Source: a virus. Taken from it: DNA of 31,885 nt. The translations under genes were made by a program, and so were the position numbers. Of this stretch, positions 13,761 to 23,978 are shown piece by piece. The stretch covers positions 1 through 31,885 of the IMG/VR virus record IMGVR_UViG_3300013002_000047, one strand, 5' to 3'. Under the pieces are notes generated by a model that searched no databases, was not told where the DNA came from, and saw only the letters and a list, made by a program, of their open reading frames with translations. How positions within the stretch are numbered: the first letter of the stretch is position 1; the number at the start of each line of letters is the position of its first letter.

Positions 13761-13918
13761 TACTTCTCCTCCTTGCCAAGCTCGTCAATGCGTGACTTCA
13801 ATTGTTCGTTCTCTGATTGCAAAGTGCTCAATTGCGCCCGAAGTTGGGCATTTTCAATTGCCTTGTTAGCAATCTCAAAACCGAGATTTTGCAAAGTTTG
13901 TTGTTGTGCTTGTTCCAT
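13760..13918 (-). CDS. hypothetical 52-aa coiled-coil protein
   Basis: Below the ORF-track cutoff. ATG at 13918 with GGAG 8 nt upstream. Product: MEQAQQQTLQNLGFEIANKAIENAQLRAQLSTLQSENEQLKSRIDELGKEEK. Confidence 0.5.
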   Translation of the reverse strand: MEQAQQQTLQNLGFEIANKAIENAQLRAQLSTLQSENEQLKSRIDELGKEEK

Positions 13919-13933
13919 GTTTATTCTCCAATC

Positions 13934-16927
13934 TTATAAAGTGACGTTGAGCCACTTAGCAACTGTTCCATTTGAATTAATTGTTTGCGGTATTTTTACA
14001 GCACCAAGCCCACTTAAGGCCTTAATAACACGACTTAAAAAGTAGTAGTTTGTTCCTGATAACAAGTAAGTTTCACCTGAACCATAGGCCAGCCCAGCTT
14101 GCCCACGATTATCACCAAAGTATGGATAATTGAAACCATTAAATGTTTGAGTGCTAAAGCCAAGTTTCTGGTTAGTTTTACCTTGTACATTTATATCGTT
14201 ATTGAATGTTACTTGGTCATAAAATGTCCAACCAGTGTCAGCACCAGCAGGCTTTTGTGCGTTACCTCCTCTAAACCATGCCAGCTTAGTAGGATAAGTC
14301 CCAGATGTTGTACCGTTGTTTCTTGCGGAAAACGCCATAAAATCACCTGTTCCATCAAGATTGAATGACAGTCCCTTATAGTTAGATGGCATGCCAGTAT
14401 TACCAATTATTCCGATACCACCAATGGATTTTCCAGCCGCCGTTTGGTTCAGACCATCATAACCGAACGATGTCGTAATATTGCTTGTGCTAACTGTCAT
14501 ACCATCAGCAGTTATTTGGGTAGATTCATATCTACCGTTCCAATTGGATTGGATAAAGTTCGACACGTTACCAGAAATCTTGTTCACATCAAGGCTGGCA
14601 ATTTTAGCATTTGTAATCGAAGCGTCTGCAATTTGTGCAGTTCCAATCGAGGCGTTCTTAATCAGTGCACCGTCCATGAAATTCTTTCCAATAAAGGCAG
14701 TATCACCAGTAACAGTTAGCTTTTTACCAACGATGTTAAGGCCAGATGAGTCCCCGTTAATTCCAGAAATTAACGCACCAGTGTTATCTTGAATACCAAG
14801 CGCAAAGAAATCATTGAACAGCTTTAAAGTTGTTGAGTTATCTGTGCTTGCACCAGGAATATAAGCGCCCGTAGGTAGCTTCGTTGACCCTAAGTAAGGC
14901 CGTGATACTGACACATTACCGTGGCTGTACTGCGTGAATTGCCAGTATAGTGATTTTGTCCTCAAATCAAGCGTAATATCAGCACTGTAAGTGTTCCAGC
15001 CACTTGTTGCCGTATCAAATGACCCGCCAATTGGTGTTGACTTGGTAGTTTGACCATTAACATCTTGTTGAATAACCTCGGCTTTAAAGTAGGCGTTAGG
15101 CCCAAACGAACGGGCATACATGTCAAAACTTGCATGGAACTGATTACCACCCAAGCTCCCTGTGCTGATTGGTACGCTTGCCAGTGTCGAGATTTTGCGG
15201 TAAAAATCAACACTTCCATTGTAGAAGTTAGCAATACGGGCACCCTCGTGCATGTCTGAATTATCAATTCTCCAAAGTATGTCGCCTGATAGTGACCAGT
15301 TAGCAAGGCCATTAACGAATGATGAATCCACAATCAAATTGGTTGCTGATACTTGGGCCATTATGCCATCACTCACTTGGGAAATTTGGCTCTGCATACC
15401 GGTGTCATAACTTTTAATTTGGCTGGTTACGAAGTCCTTACCCGCTTGCAATGTAACGCTATCACCAGATTCTCTATCGGCAATCTCTTGCTTTAATACT
15501 GCTTCTCCATTGGTGACTTTATCATTTAGGTCACTGGTCAACTTAGCCTGCTTATCATTGAGTTCATCTGTGTAAGCCTTGGATGTATCAATTGCGTCAT
15601 CAACAGCATTATCAATACGCTTTTGTGTTTGAGTGTCCACTGAATCAACCCACTTACCGTTGGTGAATACACGAATGCCTGAATCAGAGCCATCGTCCCA
15701 GAACCATGTGTCACCTTCTTGTGGGTGTGCAGGCTCATTACGACCAGAGTAGTTTGAATTCTTACCATTGGCACTAATAACGGCCTGTGTGGCTTGCTCT
15801 TGGGCGTGAGTAACCTTACCTTGCAAATCTGATAAAGCGTTCTGGTTGGCTTCTGCAAATGATAGCTTGGCGGTTCCCACGACCATGCTGGTTACACGTT
15901 CTCCGATTGGGTCATAATGCAACTCATTTACGATGGCAGTAACGTTTACACCATATTCTGGTACGTAAACTGTTACCGTGTCGGTCAAGCCAATAGTCTC
16001 CAACTTAGCAAACTTGTCATTGTAATCAGCTGAATCCTGTAAGCTCAACACATCAACCTCGATTGTTACATCAGGCAAATCTTTCCCAGTATTCTCAGAC
16101 TTGGTAAACCAGTTGCTGGCATACGCATTTATCCGCTCAATAATAGTCACATCACTGTCACTCTCGTTAATCGTAATCTTATCGGTTACATCAACAGACT
16201 GCGTGTAGTAAATCGGGTAGCTATACACACGCTTGGAATAAACTGTGTTCCCCTCAACATAGCGTGTTGTATCACCCTGCGATACGTTTACCATTGGAAT
16301 AATCTGTGTGACCAAGTTTGATGTATCGACCGTGTATCGTAATCCATTGATGTTCTTACCAAGTCGGAATGTTGCCACGTTATCTCGACCACGTCTGTTT
16401 AACATAGCCACTCTGCGGTTCTCCCGCTTCATTTCACCGCCCCAATATTGTAGGAATGACCCTTGTGTACCAGCAATGGCTTCCATTGGGTTCACGTAAT
16501 TGAGAACAGATGTTGAGCTTGTCGTGATGTCGGAATACAGCGTGAAGATACTTGGGTTAACGATGGCTTTTTGTAATTGGCTCATGGCTGTGGAACCATT
16601 CCCCTGCATCGTCACTGACTTCACAAGATTATGCGTCAAATCATAGGTAATTGAATCAGCCTCAATCTGTAATGAATGACCGGAAATATCCAACTGTGTA
16701 TTCACGATACGAAAGGCGTGGTTATCATCAAGGGGTGATGGCTTAGCAAGGATAATCCGACCTTCTGTAATATCGGCATAATGTTGTCCTGTAACTGGAT
16801 ATGACCCTGTGAACGTTAACAAGCCGTTTCGTTGCTCTTGAATATCAACTGAGTAAAGTTCATTCAATTGTCCCAATCCGTTGTTAGTGAAATCAATCTC
16901 ATCACTTTTGTACAAAATCGGTGTCAT
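13934..16927 (-). CDS. tail-associated lysin-like (Tal) / receptor-binding tail tip protein
   Basis: 997 aa, directly after Dit. The N-terminus MTPILYKSDEIDFTNNGLG is typical of siphophage Tal proteins. Central coiled coil. Long beta-rich C-terminal region. Confidence 0.8.
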   Translation of the reverse strand: MTPILYKSDEIDFTNNGLGQLNELYSVDIQEQRNGLLTFTGSYPVTGQHYADITEGRIILAKPSPLDDNHAFRIVNTQLDISGHSLQIEADSITYDLTHNLVKSVTMQGNGSTAMSQLQKAIVNPSIFTLYSDITTSSTSVLNYVNPMEAIAGTQGSFLQYWGGEMKRENRRVAMLNRRGRDNVATFRLGKNINGLRYTVDTSNLVTQIIPMVNVSQGDTTRYVEGNTVYSKRVYSYPIYYTQSVDVTDKITINESDSDVTIIERINAYASNWFTKSENTGKDLPDVTIEVDVLSLQDSADYNDKFAKLETIGLTDTVTVYVPEYGVNVTAIVNELHYDPIGERVTSMVVGTAKLSFAEANQNALSDLQGKVTHAQEQATQAVISANGKNSNYSGRNEPAHPQEGDTWFWDDGSDSGIRVFTNGKWVDSVDTQTQKRIDNAVDDAIDTSKAYTDELNDKQAKLTSDLNDKVTNGEAVLKQEIADRESGDSVTLQAGKDFVTSQIKSYDTGMQSQISQVSDGIMAQVSATNLIVDSSFVNGLANWSLSGDILWRIDNSDMHEGARIANFYNGSVDFYRKISTLASVPISTGSLGGNQFHASFDMYARSFGPNAYFKAEVIQQDVNGQTTKSTPIGGSFDTATSGWNTYSADITLDLRTKSLYWQFTQYSHGNVSVSRPYLGSTKLPTGAYIPGASTDNSTTLKLFNDFFALGIQDNTGALISGINGDSSGLNIVGKKLTVTGDTAFIGKNFMDGALIKNASIGTAQIADASITNAKIASLDVNKISGNVSNFIQSNWNGRYESTQITADGMTVSTSNITTSFGYDGLNQTAAGKSIGGIGIIGNTGMPSNYKGLSFNLDGTGDFMAFSARNNGTTSGTYPTKLAWFRGGNAQKPAGADTGWTFYDQVTFNNDINVQGKTNQKLGFSTQTFNGFNYPYFGDNRGQAGLAYGSGETYLLSGTNYYFLSRVIKALSGLGAVKIPQTINSNGTVAKWLNVTL

Positions 16928-17662
16928 TTATAGTGTCCTCCATCTTGGCTCTATCGTTGCATTACCACTGCTGACCCAAAGGGTGTTGTTACCAGGCTTC
17001 AACGTTGGGAACGGCCCAACAGCCATCTTAGCGTTTTCGTTAATCATGACACCATTGTTAACCCGCCACACGTTCTGCATAGCGCTGTCCAACTCGATTG
17101 AACCAGTAACGTTCGTGAAGTTGTACTCGACTCCGTTTATCCTTAATATCACGTTATTATCACCGATAATCTTGATGTATGGTTTGGCCACATAATTGGT
17201 TGGATTAACCAGTGTTAATGTGGTACGGGTAATCGTAGCTGGTGCTTGTGCTGGTGCCACATAGCGATATGGTGCTGAAGACAATGTAATGGTTAACTCA
17301 CGGTAACTGTCCGAGTAGGTTGGGCGTGCAATTGTACCCGTGGATTGCCTGATGACTTGATACGTGTAATCAGGGTCAGAATACATTTGAAAATCAATGT
17401 ACTTGCCTGTGTCCAATGCAGATAAGAACTTTTGAATGTTGCTATCTGCCTGTTTACCCTCGAAACCAATAATCAATTGAATGTCTCTGTTGTTATAAGC
17501 ACCATCGTCAAACAAAATAGCCCTATCGATGCCGACAGGACTAGTATTCAGCGTTGTTTTACGCTCTGGCACTGTGATTGTTGGATAATTCAATATCCTT
17601 GCGTCAAGTTGGTCACTCGTTAATTGGTGACCTAATACGAAACTGCCTCTGTTCAATTTCAC
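16928..17662 (-). CDS. distal tail protein (Dit)
   Basis: Positioned between the tape measure and Tal genes. AGGAGG at 17666-17671 favours a GTG (17662) or TTG (17656) start over the track ATG at 17731. Confidence 0.7.
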   Translation of the reverse strand: MKLNRGSFVLGHQLTSDQLDARILNYPTITVPERKTTLNTSPVGIDRAILFDDGAYNNRDIQLIIGFEGKQADSNIQKFLSALDTGKYIDFQMYSDPDYTYQVIRQSTGTIARPTYSDSYRELTITLSSAPYRYVAPAQAPATITRTTLTLVNPTNYVAKPYIKIIGDNNVILRINGVEYNFTNVTGSIELDSAMQNVWRVNNGVMINENAKMAVGPFPTLKPGNNTLWVSSGNATIEPRWRTL

Positions 17663-17675
17663 TATCCTCCTAATG

Positions 17676-20600
17676 TTATCCAAACGCCCTTGTACGTGCG
17701 TTTTGCTTACGTGTGATTGAATCTTCGACAACCTTTTGCAACTTTTGTAGTGTGCCAGGTGTCAAATCTGCGTTCACTTGTATTGTAATGTTGTAAGAAT
17801 CCCCTTCATTTACAACTGATGAATTTCCTGCGACCTTATTATTTCCGTTGATTCTTTCATTTGCCTGTGCAAGTAAGTCGTTAGCCCTTGGCCTCTTAGC
17901 TGGGTCAAGTGGAATGATAATCTCTGGCATGTTTTGCTCTGCAATCTCGTAGAAGCCGTGTTGCGATACCACGCCACCTTGTGCAAATCCCTTACCAAAC
18001 AAGCGCTTTAGCAAACTTTTGTGTTCATCTGAATCATGCTTACCCTTAATTCCAGACAACATGTTGACAATTGGACTGGCAATTCCGTGAATTAGACCTT
18101 GTGTCATCATTGGAGCAACTGTTGAAACTAGTGGGCTACCTGTAATAGTTCCCACGGCACGATGCATGACATTGGTTAATGCCACGATTGGCTCACGTAA
18201 GAATGATGTTAATTGCGTCCACTTATCGGCAACCCAACCAACAGCACTGCTTAACCAGTCACTTGTACCACTAGCAAAGTGTGGCAAGGCATGAGCTGGG
18301 ATAACCGTTTCACCGCCACTGAACTCAACCAATCGATTGCGTCCTTCAAGTACCATGGCTTTACCAGAATTATCGATGATAGCTTCTTGATAATTCTCTC
18401 CAGGGGCATCGTTGACGATAGCCAACCCCTTCGGAGCGCCCTTGGTACCGTTAGCAAACTTAGGTATGCGTGACAATCCACGAGAACCACCAAACATACC
18501 GATAACGCTATTGATTGCCCCAATCCCGTTGTTGATAATCCCGATGACACCATTGATACCAGACTTAGCCCAGCCCATCATGTCATTCCACATAGAACCG
18601 AAGCCATCTGTGATGTCCTTCCAAGTGTTTGAGAACACTCGACTGATTGCATCTAACACCGGTGTGAACACATTTTTAACAGAGTTGACACCGCTGTCAC
18701 CAGTACGTACTAACTTGTTCCAAATGCCACCAAAGAAGTCTGCAATGCCATTCCACGCCTTGCTCCAAGTACCTGAGATTGCACCAACTGTATCAGACAC
18801 AATACGGTGAATTGAATCGATGATAGGCTTGAAAGCACGAACCATCTTGTTCCAGATACTGGTGAAGAAATCACCAATACTATTCCAAGAACGTGACCAT
18901 GCACCTGAGATAGCATCCATTGACTTGCTGAGCGTGTTACGGATGGCTGACATAGTGTTGTTCCATGCCTTTGAGATGCTGTTCAATACTCCAGAGAACC
19001 ACTTACCAATCGAGTTCCAAGTATTGGTCCACGCCTTTGATACCGGTGCCCAAACTTTCTTAAGCCACTTAGCAAGGTCACCAATAATCTTCTTCATTGG
19101 GCCAACTAAAGGCTTCATCAAGGTAACACCAATTCCAATAGGCAAAGCCATTGAAATCAGCACAATCTTGGCAAACGTCTTAAGCAACTTCGTGGCAAAC
19201 TTAGTAAATGAGTTCCAACCTTTCTGGAATCCCTTTACAAGGCCTGAGAACCACTTTCCGATGACATTTGCACCGTTACCGATAGACTTACCAACACCAC
19301 CAAACCACTTACCGATGTTCTTGAAGAATCTGCCGACTATCTTAGTTGCTGAAGCTACCCACTTGCCAAGTGGCTTGAAGAACTTGCCGGCTGATTGTAC
19401 TAGGCCGTTGATGAATGCACGGAATTTCTTATTGTGCTTGTACAGCTCAACAAACGCTACAACAAGGGCTGTAATAGCCGTGATGACCAACCCAATTGGA
19501 TTAGCCTTAAGAGCAAGATTAAAGGCCTTCTGTGCAAATGTCAGGGCTTTTTGAGCGCCTGTTGCAACTTTCTCAGACGTGGCTAATCTTACAAGCGCCT
19601 GACGCATACCGTTGATGTCAGATATGGTGGAATGAACACCTTTACCGAAATCAACCATTTTCTTAGCCATGAATGCCGTGGCAATAACAGCTCCAAGCGC
19701 TTTGATAGCTCCCTTATGCCTCAATATGGCTTCCAGAGCACCGTTGATAGTCTTAAGTGGGTCATGTGACTTCTTAGCATTGCCACCTATCGCACCTATG
19801 GCCTTAGCAACACCAATAATCGTGCCCTTGATGGTATTCCAGATAGCTCCACCCAGGATTACTGTAATATTGGCAATGTTAGAGAACATCTCCATGATGT
19901 CCTTCTTATGAGCTCGGATATATTCAACCATCTTCTCGACAACAGCCATAACTTTGCCCATTGCCTGAGAAATTGCTTGAGCGTATTTCTCCATCGACTT
20001 ATCCGAAGTGATGTCCAGTAAATCAGACTTCATCTTCTTCGACATATTAAACGATGATTGCTCAATTTCACCGAACAGTTGCGCTCTACGCTTACCAAGG
20101 TACATCGTCATACCCTGGAAACTTGTCATCGCTTCTGCTTGTCCATCCTTATACTTAACACCAAGCTCATCCATAGCCTTAACGAAGACATCTGAGGTCA
20201 GCTTACCCTGTGAAGACATCTGCCGAAGCTCTTGCATCGACTTTCCAGACGCCTTTTGGACCGCTTCACCAAACATAGGAAACCTGTCAATCATCATGTT
20301 CAGGTCTTCAGCACCAACCTTACCGCCGGCAACAATCTTGGCAAACGTCTTACCAGATTCCGCAATTTCAGCGTTGGATAAGTGCATCGTTGAGCCCAGA
20401 TTGATGAAATCTTGAGTCCATTGTTTAGTCTGCTTAGCGTTAGAACCAACGTGATAGAACGATTGCGCCATTTCATTGATTGAATCAGCTGAATAGATAC
20501 TCGAATTAGCCATATCATTGATAAAGCCAATCAATTCCTTACCGTCTTGAGGCGCTTCTGTTGTCAAAGCGTGCCAAACGGTCTTCATCGTGTCTTGTTC

Positions 20601-21749
20601 TTTGTTATATTCCGCTCCAGCCTCGATAGCGCCCTCTATGGACGTCCTGACGCTGTTAAATGCTTGCATTGCACCTTGTGCTAGGGCCGTTCCTTTGAAT
20701 ACTTCAGAGAATGTGCTAGACGCCTTCTCAGAAGTCTTTGATAGCCCCTTCATGTTGGAATCTGCTTGAGCGATAGCCGTTCTAGTACGCTCTAAGGCAA
20801 GCCTCTGCTTCGATATTGCATCGGTATTATCTCCCTCAGCCGACTCCAATTGTTTCAAGTGATTAGCTTGCTTCTCGTACAGCTGATTCATTAAGGAAAT
20901 CTTGGTTCTTAGACCCTCTTTGGCTTTAGCAACCGATTCAGTTTTCCGACCTTCAGCATCTAAGCGGTCTGTCTGGAGCTTTGTCAGCTCATCGTTTTCT
21001 TTAATCTTGCGGTTAAGCTCTGTAATACCGTCCGATTGAAGTCCATAAGCCGTCTTAGCTTTACGCTGTTGCTCAGTTAATTCTTCAAGTGATTGCTTAC
21101 CCTTAGCAATTGATGTACCTGTCTTATCAAGTGCAATCTTTTGCTTCGATATTGCCTCACTTGAAGCTTCACCAGATTGGGTCATCCTATCCAATTGCTT
21201 ACGCTGGGCTTCGTAGAGTTGACCTTGCTTCTCAAGCGTCCGTGCTAATCCCTTTTTCTGAACATCAATGGCTTCAGTCTCTTTACCCTCAGCTTTTAAC
21301 CGGTTAACTTGAGCTTCAGTCTCTTGAATATTCTGTCTTATTTCTTTGTTAAGCCCAGCAATTCCAGACTCTTGCAACTCATAGGCTTGTTTGGCCTTCT
21401 GTTGTTGAGATGTCATAGAGGCCAACTGTCGTTCTGCTTGTGTAATTTGGGAAGCATACTTCTGATAGGTCTGCTCTCCAGATTCTGTACTTCGATTGAT
21501 TTCTGACTGCTCTTGTTTGAGCTTTGCCAACACATCTTGTTGCTTCTCAACGGACTGTGTAAGTCCCTTATACTTAGCTTCAGAAGCACCAATCTCATCA
21601 CCAGATTGTTTCATCTGGCTTTCCATCTGTTTCCACTCGTTCGTTGAGTCCTTAACAGCAGACTTCAGTTGGTTAAGAGATTCTGTTGCCTTAGCTGTAT
21701 CAAGTCCGATTTCTGTGGACATTAGGCCAGCTACTTTTTCTTTTACCAT
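17676..21749 (-). CDS. tape measure protein
   Basis: 1357 aa. Coiled-coil N-terminal repeats, hydrophobic centre, Trp-periodic repeats. Follows the G/GT chaperone genes. Confidence 0.9.
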   Translation of the reverse strand: MVKEKVAGLMSTEIGLDTAKATESLNQLKSAVKDSTNEWKQMESQMKQSGDEIGASEAKYKGLTQSVEKQQDVLAKLKQEQSEINRSTESGEQTYQKYASQITQAERQLASMTSQQQKAKQAYELQESGIAGLNKEIRQNIQETEAQVNRLKAEGKETEAIDVQKKGLARTLEKQGQLYEAQRKQLDRMTQSGEASSEAISKQKIALDKTGTSIAKGKQSLEELTEQQRKAKTAYGLQSDGITELNRKIKENDELTKLQTDRLDAEGRKTESVAKAKEGLRTKISLMNQLYEKQANHLKQLESAEGDNTDAISKQRLALERTRTAIAQADSNMKGLSKTSEKASSTFSEVFKGTALAQGAMQAFNSVRTSIEGAIEAGAEYNKEQDTMKTVWHALTTEAPQDGKELIGFINDMANSSIYSADSINEMAQSFYHVGSNAKQTKQWTQDFINLGSTMHLSNAEIAESGKTFAKIVAGGKVGAEDLNMMIDRFPMFGEAVQKASGKSMQELRQMSSQGKLTSDVFVKAMDELGVKYKDGQAEAMTSFQGMTMYLGKRRAQLFGEIEQSSFNMSKKMKSDLLDITSDKSMEKYAQAISQAMGKVMAVVEKMVEYIRAHKKDIMEMFSNIANITVILGGAIWNTIKGTIIGVAKAIGAIGGNAKKSHDPLKTINGALEAILRHKGAIKALGAVIATAFMAKKMVDFGKGVHSTISDINGMRQALVRLATSEKVATGAQKALTFAQKAFNLALKANPIGLVITAITALVVAFVELYKHNKKFRAFINGLVQSAGKFFKPLGKWVASATKIVGRFFKNIGKWFGGVGKSIGNGANVIGKWFSGLVKGFQKGWNSFTKFATKLLKTFAKIVLISMALPIGIGVTLMKPLVGPMKKIIGDLAKWLKKVWAPVSKAWTNTWNSIGKWFSGVLNSISKAWNNTMSAIRNTLSKSMDAISGAWSRSWNSIGDFFTSIWNKMVRAFKPIIDSIHRIVSDTVGAISGTWSKAWNGIADFFGGIWNKLVRTGDSGVNSVKNVFTPVLDAISRVFSNTWKDITDGFGSMWNDMMGWAKSGINGVIGIINNGIGAINSVIGMFGGSRGLSRIPKFANGTKGAPKGLAIVNDAPGENYQEAIIDNSGKAMVLEGRNRLVEFSGGETVIPAHALPHFASGTSDWLSSAVGWVADKWTQLTSFLREPIVALTNVMHRAVGTITGSPLVSTVAPMMTQGLIHGIASPIVNMLSGIKGKHDSDEHKSLLKRLFGKGFAQGGVVSQHGFYEIAEQNMPEIIIPLDPAKRPRANDLLAQANERINGNNKVAGNSSVVNEGDSYNITIQVNADLTPGTLQKLQKVVEDSITRKQNARTRAFG

Positions 21750-21764
21750 TTACTTCCTCCTTTC

Positions 21765-22333
21765 TTAATCAGGTAGTGACATCCACTGTTTCATCATTTC
21801 TTCTGAAGAATACTTACGGTTATCTTCGTTAGCGTTCATGATTTCCATCAGTGGCTCATATTCTGCTTCTTCAATATCATCAACACTCCAATGCAAGTTG
21901 GTCATCACTTCTTTCTCAAAAAGTTGTAAATCCAAGATGTGGTTAGAGTAATCAATGACTCGTTGGGCTGGGGCTACTCTAAACCCTCTTCATCGTCCTT
22001 AGTTGGCTTTAGGGCCTCTTCAATTTCCTTCTCTGACATTCCCATCAAACGCATGTTCAAACGTTGTGCGATAGCCATAACTTCGTCTTGAGATAGCTCT
22101 TCAAGTGCTTCAATCTCAGTTGGCTTCAACTTCAACGTATCTACGATGTATTCTGTAACGTTATCCAAGGCTCCCAAGACTGCTTGTAGTGATTCCACAG
22201 GGGCATCTTCACTCATAGCGTCCTCTAACGTAGCCAGCTTCAATTGGATAGCATACGTCTTCTTCAGGTTCTTCAAGCTTGCCTTAACTTCAAATGGTGT
22301 CTTGCGTAGTTCTTTATATGAAATCTTCATCAT
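21765..22333 (-). CDS. tail assembly chaperone GT fusion made by -1 programmed frameshift
   Basis: The -1 frame is open from the slippery site to a TAA at 21765-21767 (74 codons: GFRVAPAQRVIDYSNH...MMKQWMSLPD). Confidence 0.7.
21974..22333 (-). CDS. tail assembly chaperone (G-like)
   Basis: 119-aa acidic ORF between the major tail protein and tape measure genes. Confidence 0.8.
   Translation of the reverse strand: MMKISYKELRKTPFEVKASLKNLKKTYAIQLKLATLEDAMSEDAPVESLQAVLGALDNVTEYIVDTLKLKPTEIEALEELSQDEVMAIAQRLNMRLMGMSEKEIEEALKPTKDDEEGLE
21980..21986 (-). promoter_or_regulatory. -1 slippery heptamer G GGT TTA
   Basis: Canonical X XXY YYZ heptamer two codons before the G stop codon. Confidence 0.7.
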
Positions 22334-22353
22334 GTATTTCCTTTCCGTTGTAC

Positions 22354-22392
22354 AAAAAAAGAGAGCTCACCTGACTAATCAAGTGAACCCTC
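22354..22392 (-). terminator. intrinsic terminator downstream of the major tail protein gene
   Basis: On the minus strand: GAGGGTTCACTTG attagt CAGGTGAGCTCTC followed by TTTTTTTGTAC. Confidence 0.7.
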
Positions 22393-22462
22393 GTCCATAA
22401 TTGGGCTTCTCACCCCATTTGAGCCTATTTATTGTCGTGGCTGTAAGACGATTGGTGTAACT

Positions 22463-23074
22463 TTACTTGTCTGTGCTGGGCGTAGTTGCTTCAGCATATC
22501 CACCTGCAACTTCTGCCAACATCTTAGCCTTATCGAACTTAGCGTCTCCACTGAAGAACATTTTCATGCCTTGACCATTCCAAGCGTCAACTCCGAATGA
22601 TTGGTATGTCAATGCATCCGTTACTCGAGACTCGTTAGCGTTGTCAGTTTGTGCGTTAACAGCAGTCTCTGACATTTGACCATTTGCAAAGGCGTAGAAG
22701 ATTGAGTTCTTACGGTCCAACGTCTCTGATTCAACAATCAAAGCAACTTGTGGCAAGTCCAATGATTGAACATACCCACCGGCTCCGTCACTTTCTCTTC
22801 CCAACAACTTAGCCTTGATGTCGAATGGCAAGTTATTCCATACACCTGCTACTTGTGGGAATGACTTAGCCTTAGTTACGTCCACCATTCCGTTGTCACC
22901 GAAGACTTGAGTTCCGTTCGTGCTGATGTTCGTGATATTAGCTGAAACAGTACCCAAGTCCTTAAAGTTAGACGTGTACAATCCATCAGCAGTTAAACCT
23001 GCATCACCCTTCAAAATCTTACCATCTGCACCAATCAATGCTAGGTATGTGTGCTTCAATCCTACTTGTGCCAT
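22463..23074 (-). CDS. major tail protein
   Basis: 203 aa. Position upstream of the chaperone genes. Followed by a strong terminator. Confidence 0.8.
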   Translation of the reverse strand: MAQVGLKHTYLALIGADGKILKGDAGLTADGLYTSNFKDLGTVSANITNISTNGTQVFGDNGMVDVTKAKSFPQVAGVWNNLPFDIKAKLLGRESDGAGGYVQSLDLPQVALIVESETLDRKNSIFYAFANGQMSETAVNAQTDNANESRVTDALTYQSFGVDAWNGQGMKMFFSGDAKFDKAKMLAEVAGGYAEATTPSTDK

Positions 23075-23112
23075 CGTTTATACTTCCTTTCAAATAAAAA
23101 ATGAGGTCAACC

Positions 23113-23499
23113 TTATAGGTCAATCTCATCAATGCTTACTGTCTTATTTATTTCGATATTTTTAATCATCTGTTGCCCATCGGTTTGGCTTATATCCAAG
23201 TACCGTGGCTGGCTGTCTGTAATACGCCATGAGAGCCCTTCTAAGGCTTTATACAGTGTTATCTCTTTACCGATAAGGTTCTCTTCATCAAGGCCGTAAA
23301 AGACCTGCAAACGATACCCTAGAGCCATCTCATTGAACGTGCCATTACCATAGGTTGTGATGCCTGAGTTGGACTCTATAATCAGTACCTGAGTAACGTT
23401 CTTATCATCAATGACTTCCTCTGGGATAGCATAGAAGTATACTTGCCAATCGGGGAACACTGAATGAACCACGTCTTTAATTTCTTCCACTGGTACCAT
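23113..23499 (-). CDS. neck/tail component (putative tail terminator or tail completion protein)
   Basis: 128 aa. Called by synteny between the gp10-like gene and the major tail protein gene. ATGA overlap with the upstream gene. Confidence 0.55.
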   Translation of the reverse strand: MVPVEEIKDVVHSVFPDWQVYFYAIPEEVIDDKNVTQVLIIESNSGITTYGNGTFNEMALGYRLQVFYGLDEENLIGKEITLYKALEGLSWRITDSQPRYLDISQTDGQQMIKNIEINKTVSIDEIDL

Positions 23500-23975
23500 T
23501 ACTTGTTCCTCCCATCGATAATCTTCTTATATGCTTCTGCTTGAGCTTGTAGCATCTTAGCTTGCAACTCAGGGCTGTTTCGTAAGTTGTCAATCGTATG
23601 GTCAGCGTTGATTAGCACCTGTCCACCGTTTTTGTACTTACGACCTTTGCTTGTGTACATAGGACGCTTTGTACCATTCTCAATGAAGTTGGCGATATAA
23701 GCCTTGTCCTTTGAGAATCCTACGGTTGATGCACCTGTCTTCATACCATCCACATTACTGTTCTGAACAATAACTGAATCAGCTAAGTGAGGATTCTCTC
23801 CGGTCTCACGATGGCGGTAGTGATTAGCCTTGTACTCTGCTTCAACTTCCTTAGCAAATACCTCAGCGCCTGCCTTAGTCACCTTAGCTTTATCCTCAAC
23901 GGTCATCTGAGTTGAGATTGCTTCTGCGTCTGCTACGAAGGCGTTCAAGATGTCCTCTAATGATTGTTCTGCCAT
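23499..23975 (-). CDS. HK97 gp10-like head-tail joining protein
   Basis: 158 aa. Called by synteny and size in an HK97-type morphogenesis module. Confidence 0.6.
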   Translation of the reverse strand: MAEQSLEDILNAFVADAEAISTQMTVEDKAKVTKAGAEVFAKEVEAEYKANHYRHRETGENPHLADSVIVQNSNVDGMKTGASTVGFSKDKAYIANFIENGTKRPMYTSKGRKYKNGGQVLINADHTIDNLRNSPELQAKMLQAQAEAYKKIIDGRNK

Positions 23976-23978
23976 ATC

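Noticed and set aside
13934-16927. Diversity-generating retroelement targeting the receptor-binding protein
   Set aside because: No reverse transcriptase gene exists anywhere in the genome, and I saw no template/variable repeat pair near the 3' end of the gene.
18820-19554. 244-aa plus-strand ORF, and several other plus-strand ORFs (17432-21768), inside the tape measure gene
   Set aside because: They are antisense to a long, well-supported minus-strand CDS. They have no RBS and low-complexity, Pro/Leu-rich composition typical of shadow ORFs.
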